From NCBI GenBank assembly GCA_965240325.2, contig OZ251222.1:1426001-1490000 (forward strand): DNA of 64,000 bases, written 5' to 3'. The translations under genes were made by a program, and so were the position numbers. Source of the DNA: Rebecca billardiae RCC1528 (taxonomy: Eukaryota > Protista > Haptophyta). Below are positions 24,922 to 34,188 of this stretch, in pieces (the first letter of the stretch is position 1; every line of letters begins with the position of its first letter). The notes below the pieces were generated by a model, which had not been told where the DNA came from, did not search any database, and saw only the letters and a list, made by a program, of their open reading frames with translations.

Positions 24922-27125
24922 GAGGCCACTTCACCAAGGGGAGTCAGGGTACAGCACGTCCAGTTGGGCTGCAGCTGGAGCTTGGGTCCAAAAGCTTCCC
25001 GCCGCGCAGCGGCACTCGCCGCCGCCGCCGCCGTCGATGGGCGGTTGTGGCGCGCACGGCGTGAGCCGCTGCGGGCGCTGAGGTGCGCGCGACGGCGGCG
25101 CGCCCGGCGGCGCTGCTGTAGGAGGCCTCTGCCCTCCTCTCTGCCCCGCGCGCTTCGCTCGTCGTCGCCGTCTCCGCGCCTGCGACCAGCGCGCACGCGA
25201 TCGCCGCACCGCCCGGCAGCCGGGGCAATCTCAGCCGTGACTGCGCATGTGCGTCGCGACCTGGTCGGCCCAGCGCGCGAGGCGCGTGCGGGCGAGGCAG
25301 GGCCAGTGTGGCCGCGCGCCATGCCGCCTCGACCTTGCGCCGGTGGGCATGTCGCCGGCCTTGCACCTCTGTCGACAACGTTGACAACCAATGCGGCACG
25401 CAAGCGCAGACGTCAGTGTGCACGATCGAGGCAGTAGGCGTACAGACGCGATAGTTGCAGAGCCTTTTGTGATCATGCGAGTCATGCATTGTCAGCGACT
25501 CTCGCCCAGGTCGTCTGCGCGCTGAACTGACGTTTTGACTGAGTGCCTCGAGATCGCCTCGACGATGGCCCGTGCATTGCTTGAACACTCACCACAGTCC
25601 AAGCGGGCAACCAGACACATGTGCTCAGTTCCCTGTTGTACGCTCTGATGGGCTTACTTGAGGCGGCATGGCGCGCGGCCACACTGGCCCTACCTCGCCC
25701 ACACGCGCCTCGCGCGCTGGGCCGACCAGGTCGCGACGCACATGCGCAGTCACGGCTGAGATTGCCCCGGCGGCCGGGCGGTGCGGCGCTCGCGTGCGCG
25801 CTGAGTCGCAGGCGCGGAGACGGCGACGACGAGCGAAGCGCGCGGGGCAGAGAGGAGGGCAGAGGCCTCCTACAGCAGCGCCGCCGGGCGCGCCGCCGTC
25901 GCGCGCACCTCAGCGCCCGCAGTGGCTCACGCCGTGCGCGCCACAACCGCCCCTCGACGGCGGCGGCGGCGGCGAGTGCCGCTGCGCCGCGGGAAGCTTT
26001 TGGACCCAAGCTCCAGCTGCAGCCCAACTGGACGTGCTGTACCCTGACTCCCCTTGACTTCACCGAAATCCAGGCTGGGGAGGCTAAACGCTGCACTGGT
26101 GGGGAGGCTAACAGCCTCCCCGCTCTCCCAGCGTGGGGAGGCTAGCGCTCCGCCGCTCCGGTCTTTCGCCGCTGGCAAAACTTTCGAAAACGAAAGTCGC
26201 GCCATGGCGGACCCGGTGTTCCCGCGCGGCGGCGAAAGGGGCGCGGGGCCGGTGGCTCGCGATCCGAAGGGCAGTAGCTCGCGACCTCGCTTGGGCGGCG
26301 GCAGCGGCGCTGTGGCCCGCCGTGCACCATCCGCGCGGCTGTGCGCGATCGCGCGGTCCCGTTCGTCGCCACGTCGCGCGCGACCGTTCACGCCACAGCC
26401 TTTCCGCACTGGCATGCACCCCGTGCAAGCGCATGACGGCGGAGAGCTCAGAGAGCCCGTCACGCGCGTGACGACCGTGTGGGATGGGTTGTGCCGATGT
26501 GAACGCTGCCTTCGTAGGCTTTCTGATGAGCCCATCCAACGTTCAGACCATTCCTAACTGCTGCAAGATGAGTCACCGCCTGCCACGCGGCCATGGAGTT
26601 GTGGACAGTACAGCAGCCATTCATGATCCTCATGCCCGCCTCATGGGCCGGCGCGTGCCTCCCTGACCATGGAGACAAGCTGTACAACCCATCCCACACG
26701 GTCGTCACGCGCGTGACGGGCTCTCTGAGCTCTCCGCCGTCATGCGCTTGCAAGGGGTGCATGCCAGTGCGGAAAGGCTGTGGCGTGAACGGTCGCGCGC
26801 GGCGTGGCGACGAACGGGACCGCGCGATCGCGCACAGCCGCGCGGATGGTGCACGCCGGGCCACAGCGCCGCTGCCGCCGCCCAAGCGAGGTCGCGAGCT
26901 ACTGTCCTTCGGATCGCGAGCCACCGGCCCCGCGCCCCTTTCGCCGCCGCGCGGGAACACCGGGTCCGCCATGGCGCGACTTTCGTTTTCGAAAGTTTTG
27001 CCAGCGGCGAAAGACCGGAGCGGCGGAGCGCTAGCCTCCCCACGCTGGGAGAGCGGGGAGGCTGTTAGCCTCCCCACCAGTGCAGCGTTTAGCCTCCCCA
27101 GCCTGGATTTCGGTGAAGTGGCCTC
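24922..27125. mobile_element. Outer foldback element with GAG...CTC termini and a 5-bp TSD (CGTCC); interrupted by a nested element
   Basis: Left arm 24922-24934 plus 26064-26492 is the inverse of 26684-27125. CGTCC at 24917-24921 and 27126-27130. Confidence 0.9.
24935..26056. mobile_element. Inner foldback element, 1122 bp, CAAGGGG...CCCCTTG termini, 7-bp TSD (ACTTCAC); P/Galileo-like signature
   Basis: Inverted arms at about 24935-25330 and 25660-26056. ACTTCAC at 24928-24934 and 26057-26063. Confidence 0.9.
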
Positions 27126-27590
27126 CGTCCGGACTGCAGCTACAAAGTGGTTGCTCGTACCCATTACACAACGGCAACGGCAACGGCGACGCAGTGGACT
27201 CTAATGCTCACTTTGACAGTCATGCCCACAGCGTGCCTGACGGTCGACGTCGGTGGTCCCCATGATCCAGCCCGCATCGGAGCCCGGCGCCGGGCCAGCT
27301 TGTCCGACGTAAGGCAGCACAGTTCTGCAAGCGCACCGCTCCGACTCCGTACGGCAGCTCAAGCTGCTCCGCGCCAACTGGCGCGCGGGGTCTGCGGGAA
27401 CAAGCGGGCAGCGGCCCCGTGGAGTCCAGCCAGTGCTGCCCCGTTGCCCGTCGCGCGCGCCTGGTGACATCGAGGTCATCTTCGAGCGTTCACTCGCAGC
27501 ACGCGCGGCGCGGCGGCAGGAGACCGCCCCGCCGCGTCGCGCGCGCGCGCCCCGAGCACGCACGGTCGCCGAGCATCGGCTGGGCGGTGC

Positions 27591-30232
27591 TCAGCGCTTC
27601 GGCTTGACGCTCGTGAGGCTGAGCTCGTCGAGCAGCCACGCGTAGTCGAAGGCCAGCTCGCGCAAGTACTTGTAACGGTCGCTCGCGGAGAAGTGGCCGG
27701 CGGAGAGGTCCATCTTGAGCAGCACTTTGCGCGGGTCGGTCGGCGCGTTGGTCCGCTTGGCGCGCAGGTGTTGCACCCACTTCGCGGGCTCCCAGTATGC
27801 GACGCGCGGGTCGTGCAGCCCGCCGGTCGCGAGGATGCTCGGGTACTCCCGCGCGCGCACCTGGTCGATGGGCGAGTAGGAGAGCATGTACTCGTAGTAC
27901 CTGTGCGCGCGTGGCGCCGGGCGTGCGGCGGCGGCGGCGCCCGGTCGGCGAGCGGGCGCGCGCGGGTCGGCGGCGCCAGGCGGGCGGCGCGCGGCGCGCC
28001 GCACTTTGGCTCGTTCGGGTTGCCCCACTCCTCCCACTCGCCGGTCGTGAGCGGGATGCTCGGGTCGCACATCGTGACGATGAGGTCGACGAAGGGGACG
28101 CCGGCGATCACCGCGCGGAAGAGGTGCGGCGCAAGGTTCACCGCGTTCCCCACGAGCAGCCCGCCCGCCGAGCGCCCCTCGCAGCTCATCGCCTCGGGCC
28201 GCGTCCAGCCCGCCGTCACGAGCGCGTCGCCCACGTCCACAAAGTCGTTGAACGTGTTGCGCTTCGTCAGGTACTTGCCGCCCTCCTCGTACCACTGCCA
28301 TCTGCCGTTCTCCGAGCCGCCGCGCACGTGCGCGATCGCGAAGACCATCCCGCGGTCGACGAGCGGCAGCGTGCGGCTCGAGAAGGCGGGCTCGATCGAG
28401 TGGCCATACGAGCCGTACCCGTACAGGTGCAGCGGCGCGGGCGCGGACGGCGCGCCGGACTCGGCGTGCTCGACGCGCACGAGGTCCTTGCGCCAGAAGA
28501 GGGTGACGGGCACCTTGGTGCCGTCGCGCACGACGATGTGCCGCCGCGCGCTCGTGTACAGCGACGGGTCGTAGTTCGGCACGGGCGTCTCCTTCACCAC
28601 GCTCATGCGGCGCGAGTCCATGTGGTAGGCGACGGCGCGGCGCGGCGTGACGGGCGACGAGAAGCCGAGCCTGAGCACGCGCGTGTCCATCTCCTCGTTC
28701 GGGCCGAGGCCGCACTCGTACGCGGCCTCGGGCCACTCCACGCGGTGCCAGCCGCGCACGCGCGGGCCCTTGCCCGCCATCTCGAGCACCCACACCTGCG
28801 TCAGCCCCGCCTCGCGCCCCTTCACGACCACGTACTCGCCAAAGCACGTCGCGTACGAGATCGTGCGCTCCGCGCAGTGCGGCAGCACCGGCTCGCCCTT
28901 GGCGGTGGCGAGCGGCTGCCAGTGCGCGCGGCCCGGCGTGGCGAGCGGCGCGACGACGACCTTCTCGTTGTGCGCCTCGCCCTCGTTCGTCGTGATGTAC
29001 AGCCAGTCGTGCCGGTGGCTCACCGAGTAGCGCAGCTTGTGCTCGCGCGGCTGCACGACGGCGAGCGGCGGCGGCGCCGCGCTCAGCGGGCCGTCGAGCG
29101 GCTTGCCGCGCCGGTCGGTCAGCTCGAGCAGGTGCACCTCCGAGGTCTCGGTCGAGTCGGCGCTGACGAGGAGGAGCCGGCCGTCGCGCGTCTTGCCCAC
29201 CGACACGTAGAACAGCCCGTCCGGCTCGTCGAACAGCTTCACGTCCTGCGCCTGCGGCGTGCCGAGCACGTGCCGCCACACGGCGCACGGCCGGTGCGCG
29301 GCGTCAAAGGTCGAGTAGTACACGGAGCGCTCGTCCGCGCCCCACACGACCTCGCCCGTCGTGTTCTCGAGGGCGTCGTCGAGCGGGCGGCCGGTGGCGA
29401 GCTCGGCGAAGCGGATCGTGTACGTCTCGTACCCCTTGCCGTCGACCGACCAGCCGAGCAGCGTGTGGCTCGGCGAGACCTCGACCGCGCCCACGTCGCA
29501 GTGGTCGGGGTGGCGCGTCGCCACCTCGTTCTCGTCGAGCAGCACCTGCTCGCGCGACTTGCCCGACGCGCCGCGCGGCTTGCGGCAGTGGATGACGTAG
29601 CTCAGCCCCTCGACGGTGCGCGTGTAGTACTCGTACGGCCCGTGCGGGTACGGCGCCGAGTCGTCCGTCTCCTTCACGTGCGAGAGCAGCTCGGCGTACA
29701 GCGCCTCGCGGAACGCCTCGAGGTGCGCGGTCGCGGCCGCCGAGTAGGCATTCTCGGCGCGCAGGTGCGCGAGGACCTCGGCCGACTCGCGCTTGTCGTC
29801 GCGCAGCCAGAAGAGCTCGTCCACCATCTCGATCGGCGGGTCGAACGCGCTCGCGCCGCGCTCCTCGCCCGCGACCGCGCCAATCTTGACGACGTGCGGC
29901 CGGCGCGGCGCGACCGGCGGTTGCACCGAGCCGTCGGCGAGCGCGATCGTCGAGAAGCTCGTCGCCGCGAGCAGGCTGAACGTCGCCGCGGTGCGCGCCC
30001 GCGCGCCGCTCGAGCCGGACGCGCCGTCCCCGCCGCCGCCGCCGTTGGTGCGACGGCCGCCGCCACCCCCACTGCCGCCGCTGCCGCCGTGGCCGCACAC
30101 CCCGCGCGACGCGAGCGCGGAGAAGGGGAACGCGAGCCGCCCGAGACGGACGCCCCTGCCGGCGAGCCCAGCCGGCGCGGCGTGCGTGACCGGCGGGCCG
30201 ACGCGCGCGCACGAGCGGAGCGCGCGCCACAT
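27591..30232 (-). CDS. ptrB: Oligopeptidase B (peptidase S9A), probably organelle-targeted; complement(join(27591..27900,28005..30232))
   Basis: WLRDD, YGYGSYG, AHVRGG, KRNTFNDF, catalytic GRSAGG, HDPRV, AGHF and EWEEWGNP. A 104-nt GT-AG intron restores the C-terminus. Confidence 0.95.
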
Positions 30233-30619
30233 CTCCAAATTGTGCGGCCGCGGCTTCGGGGTTCGGCTCCGCACGGGCAGGCCCCCCTGCCCGTGTGCGC
30301 GCTTGAGAATCCGCCGCCCGGAAACCTCTCTCTCGGTCTCGATCTCCCTTTCTGTGTCTTTTTACCACAATCAAGATCGAATTAGTTCGGTCCTCGACGA
30401 GCCCTGCTGCTTGCCGCGACCGGCTTGGGCTCACTGGACGGCCTGGACGCTGGTCAGGCGACCTGGCGCGGCCCGTCGTCGCCGCCCCGGCTGGTCCGGC
30501 ACCCAGCACACCTACAGACAGATGATGATGCGATAACGACCGACGGCGGCTCGTGACAGCTAATGAATGATGGTCCGCGGCCGGACTGCTGCCAGGCCCA
30601 GGCCCATACGGGCCGCATA

Positions 30620-30807
30620 CTCATTCTATGATTTAACGACACAGGTAGGACGGCGCAGGTCTCCTGATTCGTCGTCGGCCGTGCCCGATCGTCGACACGA
30701 AGTCGGCGTTGGTGGCAGAGCATAGCCTGAACCGCGATCGAATGGCTTGAGCGCGGCCTTGAGCTGCTGGAGCGCGATCCACCTGCGCTGCGCGGCTCGC
30801 ATGGACC
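30620..30807 (-). repeat. Dispersed repeat of about 190 bp (also 54421-54633, 55480-55674, partial inverted at about 33045-33142)
   Basis: Three near-full copies with the same ends: CTCATTCTATGATTTAACGACACAGG...GCGGCTCGCATGG. Confidence 0.85.
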
Positions 30808-30849
30808 TGCTGTACTGCATAGGCCGCACATTCTAATTATAATAATAAT

Positions 30850-30903
30850 TATATATATATAATTATATATATATATCTATATATATATCTATATATATAT
30901 ATA
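30850..30903. repeat. (TA)n microsatellite; others at about 38082-38136 and 42358-42389
   Basis: Read directly. Confidence 0.95.
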
Positions 30904-31372
30904 GTAATTCACTCCGTTTTAAGAGCCCGCGTCACACGGTCACGGACGGAGTGATAGAGTCTCATTGAGTCACGGCACTATGACTAGTCCGACTCAGAGA
31001 CACTCAGTCAGTGCCGCATAGACGTCAGAATCATCTGACTTCTGAGCCGCGCGGTATTCTGAGCCTAACTAGTGTCTAGTCGGAGTCGGAATGATCTGAC
31101 GGGCCTTATTCTATCATGTACAGTTTAGTTAGCTGATAATAATTATAATAACACGACGCTAATGATAAGTTCTTACTGACGTGGTGCACACTTGGCTCAG
31201 AGTCACGCACCGATTTGCGACTTGACTACAGTTTACTATGTTTTAACGTGCACACTTGGTTAGTTGGTTAAGGCGTGATAATGATTGACGCCATCCAACA
31301 CTGCACAAAGGGCACCGCGCCACAAAACAGACCGGCGCAGGCAGGTGAGGGGCGCGTTGTCGCACCTCATCA

Positions 31373-31743
31373 CAGTTTACTACTACTATAATATTATAAG
31401 AATAAGAGATGCACTGCCCAGCTCAGGCAGGCGAGATTGAAGCTGGCAAGTGGCAGGTCTCAAGACTCAACAGGGGAGGTCCCACTCGGCACTCCCAGTC
31501 CCACGGCCACAGTCAGCGGAAGCTGCCTGGCCAGCCACCCGAGCGGACAGGTCGTGAAATACTGTAACTTCTCGTCGCCTGCCTGAGCTGTGTGCGCCAC
31601 TGCGCCTCGCGCTTATTCTTAGTATACTACTACAAGAAACTGTTACTGTCGACGGCTTCATGGGCGGTGACAGTTGGCGGGCGTCAATCTCGCCTGCCTG
31701 AGCTGTGTGCGTCTCTTATTCTTTATTTAAAAATAGTAAACTG
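31373..31743. mobile_element. Second TIR family (MITE-like), consensus end CAGTTTACTAAGAATAAGAGACGCACACAGCTCAGGCAGGCGAGAT
   Basis: Left-oriented end at about 31373-31438. Right-oriented ends at about 31572-31643, 31687-31743, 34066-34117, 56095-56140 and in each array spacer (4560-4605 etc.), most followed by TA. Confidence 0.65.
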
Positions 31744-31820
31744 TAACTACTGTCGACGTAGTCGTCGTGCGCTTTCGATGCGAAAGTGCATCACGAGTCA
31801 CGACGACAATCGATCAAAAC

Positions 31821-32960
31821 ATGGCAGGACGCGGCGGCCTGCTCACGATGCTCGCGGCGTGGTGCTTCGGCGGGCCTCTCGCCCACGCAGGCGGTGAGCG
31901 GCGGCTGTGCCAGGGGCCCGGCTCGGGGGAGCGCTTCCTGTACTACTTCAAGGACACGGGCTGGTGCGCCGGCAGTGGCCACACGTCTTACTCGCATGTG
32001 TGCATGGCCGCGGAGGCGCGCTACCTCAACCGCACGCTCATCTACGACGATCGCTTCTGCAACCATAAGACGCACTGGCTACCTAAGGGCGAGTACTGGG
32101 ACGTCAACAGCGACCCGTCGCGCCGAGACGTGTACGAGGACGCGCTCGCCAACCACATTGACATCACAAAGTGGGAGAGTCTGCCGGCCATCTCGAAAGA
32201 TGCGTGGTTCAGCTCTGAACCGTGCATTCGCGCCAGGCTCGGCGCACAGGCCAGCAAGCAGGGAGTGGCCGAGGCGCGTGCCAGGTTCAACCTGCCCCCG
32301 CGCGTGCTGAAGAACAGCGAGAAGTACAAGTCTTCGCTCGTACTCATCCGCGACCAGTGGCCACGGGCACATGCGAATAAGTTCTGGTTTCACGTGTGCA
32401 AATGGCACGCGAGCGACTTTATGCCGGCAGGCAACAAGGCCAGGGGGGCGGCGCGCGGGATAGCGGGCGAGCAGTTCGTCAAGAGGCACTATGCGTACTG
32501 GCAGCCGGGGACGCAGCTCGTGCGGCGCACGGCGAAGGGCGTGATTGCGAGGCTCGGAACCAACTTCACCGCGGTGCACGTGCGGCGCGGTGACCGCGTG
32601 CGCCCGGCGCAGTGCTACCCTAACGTGACGGAGGTCGACCTGCAGCCCGCGCACATCGCACAGGTGCTGCGAGAGCGCGCTGTGCCGGCGGGCTCGGTGG
32701 TGTATGTGCTCTCGGACGAGCCGACGCCGCACTTCTTCGAGCGCCCACCGCTCTCCACCGAGTACACGCTCCACACGCGCGACACACTGAGAACGGTGCT
32801 CGAGCCCGCGATGCACACCAACTACCAGCTGTTTAGCGTCGAGAGGGCCGTCATGGCGAGGGCGCGCGTCCGCCTCGAGACGTTCAACGACCTGACGGAT
32901 GTGCCTATGCTTGGGATCTGCAGGCACCGGACGGCACGCCGCAGCCGGCGTACGAGATGA
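31821..32960 (+). CDS. Secreted/Golgi GDP-fucose-dependent glycosyltransferase (O-fucosyltransferase-like), 379 aa, intronless
   Basis: Signal peptide; AEARYLNRTL; GDP-fucose-binding motifs FTAVHVRRGD and VYVLSDE; VERAVM...LETF. Confidence 0.75.
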   Translation: MAGRGGLLTMLAAWCFGGPLAHAGGERRLCQGPGSGERFLYYFKDTGWCAGSGHTSYSHVCMAAEARYLNRTLIYDDRFCNHKTHWLPKGEYWDVNSDPSRRDVYEDALANHIDITKWESLPAISKDAWFSSEPCIRARLGAQASKQGVAEARARFNLPPRVLKNSEKYKSSLVLIRDQWPRAHANKFWFHVCKWHASDFMPAGNKARGAARGIAGEQFVKRHYAYWQPGTQLVRRTAKGVIARLGTNFTAVHVRRGDRVRPAQCYPNVTEVDLQPAHIAQVLRERAVPAGSVVYVLSDEPTPHFFERPPLSTEYTLHTRDTLRTVLEPAMHTNYQLFSVERAVMARARVRLETFNDLTDVPMLGICRHRTARRSRRTR

Positions 32961-34188
32961 GCGCTGCCGCCAGGGCGCACTCGACTCACATCAAGAAGTC
33001 CGCCTGCTCGCCGGTCGGGCGAGTTACGGTACTGTACTCAAGACGCGCTCAAGCCATTCGATCGCGGTGCAGGCGGAGCTCTGCCACCAACGCCGACTTG
33101 TCGACGATCGAGCACTGCCGACGACAAATCAGGAGACCTGCGCCCGTGCGCCGTCTCATACTACTATGACGACTGGAATATCGGTACTGACTAATCATCA
33201 CGCCTTAACCCAGTGTGCACGTTATAACTATCATAGTAAACTGTACTGATGTATCGGGGGGAATATGCGCACCCCGGCCGGAGGGCCGGACCGCCCGGAC
33301 TGTACCCGCCGGCCAAACGGCGCCGCCCGGATTCCGATACCCTGCAGCAGCCTCTCTGGCCTGGCGCCCCCGCTCCTGACCAGCCCAGACCCCCGACACC
33401 TGCGGTGCCTGAGTGAGGCCCCGCCCCTGCGCAAGTCTGCCAGGCTGTGCCAGCGCCGCGCGCGCGGAGCAGGCGCCACTGCAGCTCCTTACCAGCGAGA
33501 CGACGCTTCGCGCGCACCCGGCGTGCAGGCACAGCCCGCCCTGGAGCAGCCCGCCGAGGCGGACCTTGGGCAGCAACCATACATGCAGGCCGGCACACGC
33601 GGTGGGGTGGCACCAGTGCCGGCCCCAGCCCGCAAGCGCAAGCAGCCGGACGCCCCGGCCCTCGCCGCTGGTGAGCCAGCGAACCCTCCGGGCAACAGAA
33701 CCCTGCCGCCGGCCTTGAGAGGCCGACACGCCATACCGGGGCACATATCACCTGAGGGCCAGGCCTTCTGTGTGATAAGCTACCCCAGTCATGCTGCTTG
33801 ATACACGCCTTCCCCAACCGACAGTGGGGCTCCACGTTCCTTACTACATCCTCATCCTGTCGGCGCGCTGTTGCATCGGCGCCCAGTCGGCGAGTTCGGA
33901 CGACGACGTTTTGTGGACGACGGTGGGGCGAGGACGACGGGCGCTGGCGCGCCGCGAGGCGGCCGCAGCCCTCATCCAGGCCTCGCAGGCGGACGGCTGA
34001 ACGAATTTTTCCGGCGGCGCTACCATCGGCGACGGCTTCATGGGCGGTGACAGTTGGCGGGCGTCAATCTCGCCTGCCTGAGCTGTGTGCGTCTCTTATT
34101 CTTACAGTAGTGAACTGTAGAGCGGAGTGCATGCTCCTCCGATCATGCCGATTCCCGGGAACGAACGGAAGATCACGCCCACAAGCCG

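Larger units (their letters stand above)
31229..33243. mobile_element. TA-flanked TIR element (Tc1/mariner-type ends) enclosing a glycosyltransferase gene
   Basis: Left end TA|CAGTTTACTATG..TAACGTGCACACT.GG..TTAAGGCGTGAT. Right end ATCACGCCTTAACCCAGTGTGCACGTTA...CATAGTAAACTG|TA. Confidence 0.6.

Noticed and set aside
24846-25403. N-terminal extension of the 395-aa ORF at 24216-25403
   Set aside because: It runs through the transposon arms; the signal peptide begins at the ATG at 24845.
27797-30385. Long antisense or alternate-frame ORFs (862 aa here; also 34102-36456, 57423-60167, 17117-19228)
   Set aside because: These are shadows of real genes caused by extreme GC and scarce stop codons; they are Arg/Ala-rich with no motifs.
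31687-31743. Spliced-leader relic upstream of genes
   Set aside because: The motif occurs in both orientations as inverted pairs ending in TA, and also far from genes, which fits a transposon TIR better.
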